Assembly (NCBI GenBank): GCA_963737115.1
Contig: CAVTRM010000010.1
Location: 84,939 to 148,938, forward strand
Direction of reading: 5' to 3'
DNA length: 64,000 nt
Origin: an uncultured Actinomycetota bacterium
GTDB lineage: Bacteria; Actinomycetota; Thermoleophilia; Solirubrobacterales; Solirubrobacteraceae
A program made the translations under genes and the position numbers. How positions within the stretch are numbered: position 1 is the stretch's first letter; the number at the start of each line of letters is the position of its first letter. Shown here one piece after another: positions 8,671 through 18,193 of the stretch. The notes under the pieces are model-generated. The model saw nothing but the letters and a program-made list of their open reading frames with translations. It was not told where the DNA came from and did no database searches.

Positions 8671-10410
8671 GTGACGGAGCTTCCGTCACTATCACGGCCG
8701 GTGGAACCCGCGCCTGCAGCAGCCCCGCCCAGCCGTATGGCGCGGGTCCCGATCTACGTTTGGTTGCTGCTGTTCTCGCTGCTGATCGGGGCGCTGTCGC
8801 TGCTCTGGCCATCGACGCCGAGCTACGACCCCTGGTCATGGCTGATCTGGGGCCGCGAGATCATCCACGGCTCGCTGGAGCTGGGCGGCATCACCAGCTG
8901 GAAACCGCTACCGGTGATGTTCGCAACCGTGTTTGCGGTGTTCCGCGGCGCGCAGCCGGACCTCTGGCTGCTGGTGGCCCGCGCCTCGATGGTGCTGTCA
9001 TTGCTGATGGTCTTCCGGCTTGCCTACCGGATCACCTGGGATCTTGCGCCGCAATCCGGCACCAGCCCGGATTCCGCGCCCGGCAACACCGGCGGGTGGA
9101 TGAGCAGGGCGCTTGGTACAGGACCGGTTCCCCAAGACCGGTCCTGGCAATGGCTTCCATCGCTGATCGCGGGGCTGCTGGCGGCGGTCGCGCTGCTGCT
9201 GACCGGGGTCTACTTCGAGAACACGATGCTCGGTTACTCCGAGGCACTTGCGGTCGCGGCGATCCTGATCGCGCTCGACTGCGCGTACGACGGCAACCAC
9301 CTTGCCGCCTATGCGCTCGCGCTGTTGGCCGCGCTGGACCGCCCCGAGGTGTTCGTGTTCATGATCCCCTACGGACTCTGGCTGCTGTGGCGCCGGCCGC
9401 GGCTGCGCGCCTGGGTGCTGGGGCTCGGAGTGCTGGCGTTGGCACTGTGGTTCGTGCCGCAGAAGATCGTGACCGGATCGTTCTCGGGCTCGGTGAAGGC
9501 CGCCGAGTTCGTGAACCCGGGCAGCTCGGGCAAGTTCCCGTGCCCGTTCTGCCACGAGATGCACTACATGGCGTGGCCGATGGCCCCGGTGCAGCTGGAG
9601 CTGATGGCGGGATTGGCCGGGGTGATCGCGCTGGTGCTGCTGTGCGCGAGCGTGCTCCCGTGGCGGGGGATTGAACGGTTCACGCTCAATCGGCGCCAGC
9701 AGGCGCTGCTGATGGTCTGCGTGGCGGCCGCGTTCGGAATTCTGTGGATGGTGCTGATCGCGTTCGACGTGCAGCACGGGTTCGCCGGCAACGAGCGCTA
9801 CATGGTGCTCGGCTCTACGTTGCTGATCCTGGCGGGCAGCATCGGCTTTGGCTGGGCCGCGAACGCGCTCGGCGCGATCGGCAACACCGGCGGTGCACAG
9901 CGCTCGGGGCGGATCGTCGCCGCGACGGCGGTATGCGTGTGCGTGGTGCTGTTCGTGCCCAAGTGGATCGGTCACCGGATGATCTCGATCGGGCGCACAC
10001 ACACCGAGCTGGCCTACCAGTCACGGCTGCGCACCGACCTCGCGGCGCTGGTCGGGCGTTTGGGACCGGCCGACAAGCTCGTGGCCTGTGGCCCGGTCGT
10101 CGCGGAGCATTTCCAGATCCCGATGGTCGCGTGGTATTTGAAGGTCCCGACGACCACCATCCAGGACACGCCCGGTGAGTGGAAGACCTGGGGTTCGGCG
10201 CGGCCGAAGCTGCCGCGCGGCTACCCCAACGTGGTGGTGCAGACCAGCGCTGCGATCGTGAACGACGCGAGCACCGGCCACCGCTGGGTGCTCACCGCAA
10301 AGTCCCCGGATGCCGGCGACATCGGCCGCTGGGAGGCTGCCGGCGCCCGCTACCAGGTGTACCGCGACGGCGTCGTAACCATTTACAAAGATTGCAGCGC
10401 CAACAAATAG
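8671..10410 (+). CDS. Polytopic membrane protein, probable GT-C fold glycosyltransferase
   Basis: N-terminal TM followed by PSYDPWSW loop; SE and RPE motifs; more than 10 TM segments; NERY. Confidence 0.65.
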   Translation: MTELPSLSRPVEPAPAAAPPSRMARVPIYVWLLLFSLLIGALSLLWPSTPSYDPWSWLIWGREIIHGSLELGGITSWKPLPVMFATVFAVFRGAQPDLWLLVARASMVLSLLMVFRLAYRITWDLAPQSGTSPDSAPGNTGGWMSRALGTGPVPQDRSWQWLPSLIAGLLAAVALLLTGVYFENTMLGYSEALAVAAILIALDCAYDGNHLAAYALALLAALDRPEVFVFMIPYGLWLLWRRPRLRAWVLGLGVLALALWFVPQKIVTGSFSGSVKAAEFVNPGSSGKFPCPFCHEMHYMAWPMAPVQLELMAGLAGVIALVLLCASVLPWRGIERFTLNRRQQALLMVCVAAAFGILWMVLIAFDVQHGFAGNERYMVLGSTLLILAGSIGFGWAANALGAIGNTGGAQRSGRIVAATAVCVCVVLFVPKWIGHRMISIGRTHTELAYQSRLRTDLAALVGRLGPADKLVACGPVVAEHFQIPMVAWYLKVPTTTIQDTPGEWKTWGSARPKLPRGYPNVVVQTSAAIVNDASTGHRWVLTAKSPDAGDIGRWEAAGARYQVYRDGVVTIYKDCSANK

Positions 10411-10543
10411 CTAAATGCACACTAGAATTGCCGACGCCCGCACAATCTCTCGCGCGGAAGTTCAGTCGCGGCACGAGACATCATGCGGGGCAAGGATCTC
10501 CGTGTCCGCACAGCACCGCCGCTGATAGGCCGACCTCTAACTG

Positions 10544-12181
10544 ATGACGACAATCTCCGAGCCCGCGCAGAAGAAGAAATCGGGCGTCACGCTCCCGGTG
10601 CTCGGCACCATCAACGACTTTACGCTCTGGACCCCGGTTTGGTGGCAGCGGCTGCCGCAATGGCTGCGGATCACGATCTTCCTGGTGCTGCTCACCGCAT
10701 TCAGCACCTACGAGCGCGCGGGCACACTGGACGGCCAGTTCTGGATGGACGAGGGGATCACCGTCGGGATCGCTTCGCACCCGCTGACGGCGATCCCGGG
10801 AATCATGCGGATGGACGGCGCCCCGCCGCTGTTCTACATGATGCTGCACGTCTGGATGAGCATGTTCGGCAACAGCGTGCGGGCCACACATACGCTGTCG
10901 TTGATCTTCGCTTCGGCGACGATCCCGGTCGGTTACTGGGCCGGCGCCTCGATCGCCAACAAGCGTGCGGGCCTGATGACCGCGACGATGTTCGCGTTCA
11001 TCGCGTTCCTCGACTCGTACGCGACCGAGACGCGCATGTACTCATTCATGACGCTGCTGGGGCTGCTCGCGACGATCGGCTTCGTGAACGGCTTCGCGCT
11101 GCGACGACGCAAGTACATCCCGCTGTGGGTGGTGCCGCAGGCGCTGATGTTCTACACGCACGCGTGGGCGAGCTTCTTCTACGCCGCGTCCTTCGTCGCC
11201 TGCGTGATCCTGTGGTTCACCAGCCGTCAGGATCCCGAGTTCCGCAAGAACTTCGTAAAGGACGTGCTGATCGCATTCGTGTGCGCGATCGTGCTGTTCG
11301 TCCCCTGGATCCCGAACTTCATCTTCCAGGCGATCCACACCGCCGCGCCGTGGGCACCGAAGCCGCACTTCGGCGCCGCCGTCCAGGTCTCGCAGGGCGT
11401 GATCGGCAGCACCGGGGTCGCCGCGCTGCTGTTCCTGGTCGCGATCCTCGGCTACTGGAAGCTGTTCGGCAGGGAGCTGCGGCTCTCACCGCAGGCGCGC
11501 GTCGTCTACGTACTCGCCGCGCTGGCCGTGTTCACACTGTTCTTCGCCTGGTGCAGCTCACAGATCACCCCCGCATGGGTGCTGCGCTACTTCGCGCCGA
11601 TGATCGCCGCGCTGCTGCTGTTCTTCGCGATCGGGATGTCACGCGCCGGGATCCTCGGCGCGGCAGCGATCTGCGTGTTCGTCGTGGCGCTGCACAGCGT
11701 CGCCGACTTCGCGCCCGTGTATAAGAGCGATATGCAGGACATCAGCGCCGAGATGGGACCGTCGCTGCACAAGGGGGACCTGGTGATCGTCGGCCAGCCA
11801 GAGCAGGTGCCATTGGCCTATTACTACTTACCGGGCGGCCTGAACTTCTCGAGCACGATCGGGCCGGTCAAGGACCCGACCTACGTGGACTGGGTGAATG
11901 CGCTGGAGCGCTACAGGGATTCGGTCCCGGCCAAGGTGCTGAAGCCGATGCTCAACAACCTGCGCCCCGGCCAGCAGGTGCTGTTCATCAAGCCACTCAC
12001 AGAGGGCAATTCCAACTGGGATCAGTCGTGGACACGGCTGATCAGACGGCGCTCGGCCCAATGGGGTCAGATCATCGCTGACGACAAGTCGCTGGTCCAA
12101 GAGCGCTGGGCCCCCCATAATTACCGCGGCGCCTGCTGCGTCGCAGATGCCGCTTACCTCTACAAGAAGGTTAATTCGTGA
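10544..12181 (+). CDS. Glycosyltransferase family 39 (PMT/ArnT-like, GT-C)
   Basis: FWMDEGIT, DGAPPLFY, ETRMYS motifs; many TM segments. Confidence 0.85.
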   Translation: MTTISEPAQKKKSGVTLPVLGTINDFTLWTPVWWQRLPQWLRITIFLVLLTAFSTYERAGTLDGQFWMDEGITVGIASHPLTAIPGIMRMDGAPPLFYMMLHVWMSMFGNSVRATHTLSLIFASATIPVGYWAGASIANKRAGLMTATMFAFIAFLDSYATETRMYSFMTLLGLLATIGFVNGFALRRRKYIPLWVVPQALMFYTHAWASFFYAASFVACVILWFTSRQDPEFRKNFVKDVLIAFVCAIVLFVPWIPNFIFQAIHTAAPWAPKPHFGAAVQVSQGVIGSTGVAALLFLVAILGYWKLFGRELRLSPQARVVYVLAALAVFTLFFAWCSSQITPAWVLRYFAPMIAALLLFFAIGMSRAGILGAAAICVFVVALHSVADFAPVYKSDMQDISAEMGPSLHKGDLVIVGQPEQVPLAYYYLPGGLNFSSTIGPVKDPTYVDWVNALERYRDSVPAKVLKPMLNNLRPGQQVLFIKPLTEGNSNWDQSWTRLIRRRSAQWGQIIADDKSLVQERWAPHNYRGACCVADAAYLYKKVNS

Positions 12182-13695
12182 CCGATACCGCCGTTACCGC
12201 GCCGAAGCCCGGCTCCGACATCACCCCTGAGAAGCCCGTCGTCGTACTCGGCGGCGGCCCCGCCGGTCTCACCGCCGGCTACCAGTTGGCGAAGCTGGGC
12301 AAGCCAGTGGTGGTGCTCGAGTCGACTGATGCACTGGGAGGTATCGCCCGGACCACCGTGAAGGAGGGCTTCCGCTTCGACCTCGGCGGCCACCGCTTCT
12401 TCACCAAGGTCGACGAAGTCGACGCCCTCTGGCACGAGATCATGGGTGATGAGTTCCTCAAGCGCCCGCGCCAGAGCCGCATCTACTGGAACGACAAGTT
12501 CCTCGAGTACCCGCTGGAGGGCAAGGACGTAATCCAGAAGCTGGGCCTCTGGGAGCTGTCGCTGTGTATGGGTTCATACCTGTGGGCGAAGGTCAAGCCC
12601 AAGGGTCGCGAGGATACGTTCGAGGAGTGGGTCTCCAACCGCTTCGGCTACCGCCTCTACAACCACTTCTTCAAGACCTACACGGAGAAGCTCTGGGGAG
12701 TCCCCACCAACGAGATCCGCGCCGAGTGGGCCGCACAGCGGATCAAGGGCCTGTCGTTCTTCAGTGCCGCCAAGGCCGCGTTCCTGGGCAACAAGGGCAA
12801 CAAGATCAAGTCGCTGATCTCCGAGTTCAACTACCCGCGTTTCGGCCCCGGTCAGATGTGGGAGGCGATGGCGGACGAGATCAAGGCCCGCGGCGGCGAG
12901 ATCATCATGGACGCGCCCGTCACCAAGCTCGAGACCAAGGACGGCGTCGTCACCAAGGTCGTCGCCGGCGGGGTCGAGTACACGCCCTCACACGTGATCT
13001 CATCGCTGCCGCTGCGCACCACCGTCGGGATCAGCGACCCGGAGGCTCCGGTCGCTGTGCGCGACGCCGCCCAGGGCCTGCGCTACCGCGAGTTCCTGAC
13101 CGTGCTGCTGGTGGTCAAGGGCGAGGACCTGTTCCCCGACAACTGGATCTACATCCATCAGCCGGGCGTGACGGTGCTGCGCATCCAGAACTTCAAGTCC
13201 TGGAGCCCGTACATGGTTCCGGAGGGCTCGACCGACGCGTCGGTCGGCATGGAGTACTTCTGCTTTGAGGGCGACAAGCTCTGGAACACGCCCGACGACG
13301 AGCTCGTCGCGATGGCCTCGCAGGAGATCGAGAAGCTGAAGCTGGCGAAGGCCGCGAACGTGCGGTTCGGGTTCGTCGAGCGCGTCTACAAGGCCTACCC
13401 GATCTACGACGAGAAGTACGCCGAGCGCGTCGCCACGATCCGCCAGTGGCTCGAGAGCGACCTCAAGAACCTGACCCAGGTAGGCCGTAACGGTCTGCAC
13501 CGCTACAACAACTCCGACCACTCGATGCTCACCGCAATGCGCGCCGTGGACAACATCACCAAGGGCACCAACCACGACATCTGGCAGGTCAACGTGGAAT
13601 CGGTGTACCACGAGGAAGTCCACGACAACGAGAACCCCTACGCCAAGGATCAGCACACGCCCGCCATGGACGGGCCGCTGGCCTCGGACAAGTAG
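12178..13695 (+). CDS. FAD-dependent oxidoreductase (UDP-galactopyranose mutase/amine oxidase-like)
   Basis: GGGPAGLTA, GGIART, FDLGGHRFFTK, GRNGLHRYNNSDHSM. Confidence 0.85.
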   Translation: MTDTAVTAPKPGSDITPEKPVVVLGGGPAGLTAGYQLAKLGKPVVVLESTDALGGIARTTVKEGFRFDLGGHRFFTKVDEVDALWHEIMGDEFLKRPRQSRIYWNDKFLEYPLEGKDVIQKLGLWELSLCMGSYLWAKVKPKGREDTFEEWVSNRFGYRLYNHFFKTYTEKLWGVPTNEIRAEWAAQRIKGLSFFSAAKAAFLGNKGNKIKSLISEFNYPRFGPGQMWEAMADEIKARGGEIIMDAPVTKLETKDGVVTKVVAGGVEYTPSHVISSLPLRTTVGISDPEAPVAVRDAAQGLRYREFLTVLLVVKGEDLFPDNWIYIHQPGVTVLRIQNFKSWSPYMVPEGSTDASVGMEYFCFEGDKLWNTPDDELVAMASQEIEKLKLAKAANVRFGFVERVYKAYPIYDEKYAERVATIRQWLESDLKNLTQVGRNGLHRYNNSDHSMLTAMRAVDNITKGTNHDIWQVNVESVYHEEVHDNENPYAKDQHTPAMDGPLASDK

Positions 13696-13711
13696 CCATC
13701 CAGTCGTTCTG

Positions 13712-14284
13712 ATGGCTGACTGCGGGGGGAGCAGTTTCATGCGCGGCGACGCTCGCCGGATCGGCGGGCGTCGGGACGTTCAGCGCGGTCTCGACCGAGG
13801 TCGCGGCCGCGGGCACCAGACGCGCTCGCATCTGGTAGCGCTGCTGTTGACGCTGGTGTGCGTGTTTGCGCTGACCAGCGCTCCGGCGCTTGCTGGCGGG
13901 TCTTCGAACTCGAGCGGCTCCTCGGGTTCATCCCCCGGTGCGCTCAACTACGGGGGCACCCCCACGACGCCGACCGCCACCAACGCCGACACAATCTCGG
14001 TTCCAAAGACCGCGGGCACCAGCACCAGCGCCGGCGGCTCCGGCTTTAGCGGCACTGAGGCGTTCGTGATCATCGCCCTGGTCGTCATCGTCGGCGGCAG
14101 CATCTGCGCCTACATCCTTTACGACGCGCGTCGCCATGCCCCCAAGCGCACCCACGAAAGCACCTGGGATCCCGACGGTGGGGTACACGCCGGTTCCAAA
14201 GCTCCGCGCAAGTCGCGCAAGCTCTCCGCCGCTGAGAAGAAGCGGCGTAAGCAGGGTCGGGCGCCGACTAAGCGTCGCAAGTAG
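13712..14284 (+). CDS. Hypothetical membrane protein (signal-like helix, S/T/G-rich linker, TM, basic tail)
   Basis: Two hydrophobic segments and a K/R-rich C-terminus; start uncertain. Confidence 0.6.
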   Translation: MADCGGSSFMRGDARRIGGRRDVQRGLDRGRGRGHQTRSHLVALLLTLVCVFALTSAPALAGGSSNSSGSSGSSPGALNYGGTPTTPTATNADTISVPKTAGTSTSAGGSGFSGTEAFVIIALVVIVGGSICAYILYDARRHAPKRTHESTWDPDGGVHAGSKAPRKSRKLSAAEKKRRKQGRAPTKRRK

Positions 14285-14346
14285 TCAGGTAGCCGACCAG
14301 CCGTTTGGCTGCGTCGAGCAGGCACCGTGGACCAGCTCGGCTCGTC

Positions 14347-14883
14347 TTAGCTGGCGACGCTGGCGGCCCGTAGTCGCTGGCGAGCGCGCGCCAGCTGTCG
14401 CTGGACGGTCCGCGGCGAGTCTCCGGTTACGGAGGCGATCTCGCGATACCCGTAACCGAGCACCTGTAGCCAGACCATCCGCTGCTGGCGATCCGGCAGC
14501 TGCCGCATCCCCTGCAAGCACTCGCGCGCCCGCACCGAGGTGAACGTTGGATCCTCGTCGGCGTCGGGCACCAGGCTCAGCGCCGGTACCGGCCCCAGGC
14601 GTCGCAGACGCAGCAGACGCAGAGCTTCGCGAGTTGCGGTGGTCACCAGCCATCGCAACTCGGCACCCGCAGCGATCCGGGTGTGGCCCATCACCAGCGA
14701 ACTCCAGGCGAACTGACAGGCGTCATCGAGCACGTCATCGGTGAGCGTGAGGTTGTCACTGACGATCCGCCTGACGTCCTCCGCGTGGCGCGCGTACATC
14801 GCACTCAGCTCGCCGGTCGGTACGGCGTGGAGGGGCCGGCGGGGGATCCGCGATTCACAGCGAACAGCGGCGACCAGTTCCAT
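14347..14883 (-). CDS. ECF-type sigma-70 factor
   Basis: Region 2 (DDACQFAW...WLVTTATREA) and region 4 HTH (LPDRQQRMV...GYGYREIASVTG.SPRTVQRQLARAR); GGAG RBS. Confidence 0.8.
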   Translation of the reverse strand: MELVAAVRCESRIPRRPLHAVPTGELSAMYARHAEDVRRIVSDNLTLTDDVLDDACQFAWSSLVMGHTRIAAGAELRWLVTTATREALRLLRLRRLGPVPALSLVPDADEDPTFTSVRARECLQGMRQLPDRQQRMVWLQVLGYGYREIASVTGDSPRTVQRQLARARQRLRAASVAS

Positions 14884-14889
14884 AATTCA

Positions 14890-14983
14890 CTCCAAGTGAG
14901 TCTAAATTGATACGAATGAGAGTTGCAGAGTAACGCTGATTGATGTTGAGTACAAGGCGAAGTTGTACTCAATTCACTTGGAG
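14890..14983. promoter_or_regulatory. AT-rich symmetric divergent regulatory region with nested inverted repeats
   Basis: CTCCAAGTGA(14890-99)/TCACTTGGAG(14974-83) and TTGAGTACAA-N7-TTGTACTCAA (14946-72). Confidence 0.6.
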
Positions 14984-14989
14984 GCGAAA

Positions 14990-15280
14990 ATGGTCTCGCA
15001 AATCGCGTCCGTCACCGCCCGGCCTGACATCAATGGACTGCCGGGAAGCAACGTGCTGCAGCAGCTGGTCAACGGCGCAGATGCCTGGGCGCTGGCGCTC
15101 ACGTTGATCGGCGCGTTCGTCGGAGCCGCCCTCTGGGCGGTGTCATCTCATTCGGGTAACCACCAATTTGCTGCACGCGGCCGGATGGCGGCATTGATCA
15201 GTGCCGCCGCAGCGCTGGTGATCGGCGCCGCGCCGGCTCTGATCAACTTCTTCTCGCATCTGGGGGCGACCGCCAGATGA
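14990..15280 (+). CDS. VirB2/TrbC-like pilin (DUF6112-like)
   Basis: 96 aa, two TM helices, GLPG..VLQQL.NG and G(R)...L.S...A..IGAAP..INFF pattern; first gene of the T4SS-like operon. Confidence 0.65.
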   Translation: MVSQIASVTARPDINGLPGSNVLQQLVNGADAWALALTLIGAFVGAALWAVSSHSGNHQFAARGRMAALISAAAALVIGAAPALINFFSHLGATAR

Positions 15281-16728
15281 GCCCCGCGATCACACTCGCT
15301 GCGCTCCCATCGGCATCGATCTTCGGCTTGCCGAACCCGTTCCGCCTGATCGGCCAGGGGATCTCGAACTTCGGCCTCAGCCTGATCACCCCATGGGTGC
15401 TGGATGGCACCCGCTCCGCGCTCCAAGAGGTGGCGCACATCATCAATGCGGCGACCGCTCCGGACGTGACCAGCCGCTGGTTCACGGGTGAGTACTGGCG
15501 CGTGGCGGCGCTTGCGACGATGCTCACGCTGCCGTTCATCTTCGCCGCTTCGCTGCAGGCGCTGATGCGCAGCGAGCCGGCACTGATCCTCAAGGCGATA
15601 TTCGGATACCTGCCGCTGGCAATGATCGGAATCGGGATCGCCACGCCGGTTGTCATGCTGCTGTTGTCTGCGACCGACGAGATGTGCGGGATCGTGTCGG
15701 CCACGGCGAGCACCGGCGGCGCTGCATTCCTGAGTTCCGTTGCGGTCAAGCTCGGCGCCAACTTCTCGCTGGAGGGATCTGCGTTCTTCGCCGTGGTGGT
15801 GGGGTTGTTCACGCTGTTCGCAGCATTGATGCTGACGCTTGAACTGCTGGTGCGTGAGGCGTCCGTGTACATCGTGGTGCTGATGCTCCCGCTCGCGTTC
15901 GCGGCGATGGTCTGGCCTGCCCGCAAGGTATGGGCGGTGCGGGTCGTGGAGCTGTTGATCTCGCTGATCCTTGCCAAGTTCGTGATCGTGAGCGTGCTGT
16001 CGTTGGCGGGCGCGGCGCTCGGAAGCGGTGACGGCGTAAGCCCGATCCTGACCGCGATGACGTTGGTGATGCTCTCGACCCTCGCCCCTTGGGCACTGAT
16101 GCGATTCCTGCCCTTCACCGAGGTCGCCGCGGCTGCCGCGGGCGGGCTACGACTCGAAGCCCAGCGTCCGATGCAGGACGGGTTCAGACATGGCAAAGCG
16201 TTGTTCGAGGGCTCAGGTGGCGCAGCCGACGCGATCACCCGCCACCTCGCCGAACACCGAACCGGCCGAGATTCGGGTCCGATTGCGGATGACACATCAA
16301 CGCCGACCGCTGCCGACGAATCCCGCCAGCTGCCCGTCACGGCCAGTTCAGGCTGGCCGGGTGACGGGCCCGACAGCGAGGAGAGCCGCGGCTCGTCAGG
16401 GCCGCCCGGCGGTTCGGACGGTCCGAGCGCCGGTGGCGGTGTCGGTGGCGGTGGCGGTGGCGGTGGCGGTGGCACAGGTTCAGCGGATGGTGTCTCGGGT
16501 GACCGCCCGGACGCCGCCGCCCCTGCGTTCGCCGAGGCCGAGCCCGAGCCCGTGCGCGGCTCGGACCCTCTGCGTGATCAGATCGACCGGATCTCGGATG
16601 AACGCGGCCCCTTTGACGGCTACCCCGGCATGCTCCGCGACGACCTTGAGGACGACGGCTGGGAGGCTGCCGGAAACCGGCACGCGAATCTGCGGACCGA
16701 GGACGAAACGGGCGAGCATGACGGATGA
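15277..16728 (+). CDS. VirB6/TrbL-like polytopic membrane protein with G/D/E-rich tail
   Basis: LELLVREASVY...PLAFA.MVWP...ELL..LIL.KFVI pattern; about 7 TM segments; ATGA coupling. Confidence 0.7.
   Translation: MSPAITLAALPSASIFGLPNPFRLIGQGISNFGLSLITPWVLDGTRSALQEVAHIINAATAPDVTSRWFTGEYWRVAALATMLTLPFIFAASLQALMRSEPALILKAIFGYLPLAMIGIGIATPVVMLLLSATDEMCGIVSATASTGGAAFLSSVAVKLGANFSLEGSAFFAVVVGLFTLFAALMLTLELLVREASVYIVVLMLPLAFAAMVWPARKVWAVRVVELLISLILAKFVIVSVLSLAGAALGSGDGVSPILTAMTLVMLSTLAPWALMRFLPFTEVAAAAAGGLRLEAQRPMQDGFRHGKALFEGSGGAADAITRHLAEHRTGRDSGPIADDTSTPTAADESRQLPVTASSGWPGDGPDSEESRGSSGPPGGSDGPSAGGGVGGGGGGGGGGTGSADGVSGDRPDAAAPAFAEAEPEPVRGSDPLRDQIDRISDERGPFDGYPGMLRDDLEDDGWEAAGNRHANLRTEDETGEHDG
16432..16473 (+). 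repeat. GGTGGC/GGC poly-Gly microsatellite inside the VirB6-like tail
   Basis: GGTGGCGGTGTCGGTGGCGGTGGCGGTGGCGGTGGC. Confidence 0.7.
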
Positions 16729-18193
16729 GCGGCGTGCGTACCGCTTCGGCCCGTTGGAGCGACGGACGTTGGCCGGACCGATGCGAACCGGCCAGGTGCT
16801 CTGGATCGGCGGGTCGCTCGTGATCGCGATGATTCTGCTGCAGACCGCGCCGAGCGTCGGCGGCCTGTTCGCCGGGATGCTGGCGGTGGGCCTCGCGGTC
16901 GTAGTCACAAGCCTGCCGGTCGGCGGGCGGAGCTGCGAGGAGTGGGCTCCGATTGTGATCGGGTTTGGGCTGCGGATGGCGCTCGGTCGCAACCGTTTCA
17001 AGTCGCCGCTGCCGAGTCTCGGACAGCGCCGCCACGGTGACGGATCAGAGCTGCCCGCGGCGCTTCCAGCCGAGCTGCGCGACGTGTCACTCACGGAGAT
17101 CGCCAGCGACGGCCGTCAACTGGGCGCCTTGAGCGAACGTCGTGGCAAGCGCTTGACAGCAGTGCTCGTCTGTCGTGCATTGTCGTTTGCGCTGCTCGAT
17201 CCGCAGGCACAGGAGCGACGGCTGATGCAGTGGGGACTGCTGCTGGCCTCACTCCCGGGCACGCCGATCCGCCGGCTTCAATGGATCGAACGCACCGCAC
17301 CCGCGCGCGGGGACGAGCTCGCCCGCTGGCTGCACGAGGCCCGCGACCCGGAACTACCTCCCCGTGGTGCGCCGATCGTGGAGTCCTACCTGGAGCTGAT
17401 CGGAACCAGCGCCCGCGTCACACAGGACCACGAGGTGCTGCTGGCGTTACAGATCGACGCCGGCCGCGTTCGCGGCCGCGACGCAGACCTCGGACGGGTC
17501 CTTGCGGACGAGACGCAGCGCATCGCCCACGCGCTGGATGTAGCCGAGATCAAGGTGCTCGGTGCGTTGTCTATCGGGCAGATCGCGCGCGCGCTGCGGA
17601 CCGCGTACGACCCGTATGCGCGTTCTGAGCTGGCAGCGATGGACGCGGTGACCGGCCGTCGCGGCACCGTCCCCCAGCACGAGGCTGGCCCGTTGGGCGC
17701 CAAGGAGGAGTGGGATCACTACCGCTGCGACGGAGCTTGCCACGCGAGTTTCTGGATCGGCGGTTGGCCGCGCGTCGACGTCTCACCGATGTTCCTCGAC
17801 GCGCTGCTCGGCAGCTCCGCGACGGTGCGCACCGTGGCGGTGACCTTCGAACCGGTGGCGCCGGAGCGCTCGACCCGAGAGGTCGAGGCGGCCATCACGC
17901 GCGACCGCGCCGACCGTGAACTGCGGCACCGCTTCGGGCAGACGGAGACGGCCCGCCACCGCCAGGCCCAAGATGCGGCGGCGCAGCGGGAGGCAGAGCT
18001 GGCCGCAGGGCACACCGAGGTGCGCCTCTCCGGGTTTGTCACCGTCAGCGGCCGCGACCTGACCGACCTGGAACGCGCCTGCGCCGCTGTCCATCAGCAA
18101 GCCGCGCGAGCGCGGATCGAGCTTCACCGTATGTACGGGCAGCAGGCCGACGCGTTCACCTTCACGCTCCCTCTGGCGCGGGGTCTGAAATGA
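16718..18193 (+). CDS. SCO6880-family / PrgI(VirB3)-like conjugation protein
   Basis: YRFGPLERR N-terminus, two TM, RLQWIERT, EEWDHYRCD...WI..WPR, EAELAAGH, QQADAF..TLPL. Start at ATG 16718. Confidence 0.75.
   Translation: MTDERRAYRFGPLERRTLAGPMRTGQVLWIGGSLVIAMILLQTAPSVGGLFAGMLAVGLAVVVTSLPVGGRSCEEWAPIVIGFGLRMALGRNRFKSPLPSLGQRRHGDGSELPAALPAELRDVSLTEIASDGRQLGALSERRGKRLTAVLVCRALSFALLDPQAQERRLMQWGLLLASLPGTPIRRLQWIERTAPARGDELARWLHEARDPELPPRGAPIVESYLELIGTSARVTQDHEVLLALQIDAGRVRGRDADLGRVLADETQRIAHALDVAEIKVLGALSIGQIARALRTAYDPYARSELAAMDAVTGRRGTVPQHEAGPLGAKEEWDHYRCDGACHASFWIGGWPRVDVSPMFLDALLGSSATVRTVAVTFEPVAPERSTREVEAAITRDRADRELRHRFGQTETARHRQAQDAAAQREAELAAGHTEVRLSGFVTVSGRDLTDLERACAAVHQQAARARIELHRMYGQQADAFTFTLPLARGLK

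Noticed and set aside
14285..14346. Possible attL/tRNA boundary for the T4SS-like cluster
   Set aside because: No tRNA and no direct repeat matching the right flank could be seen.
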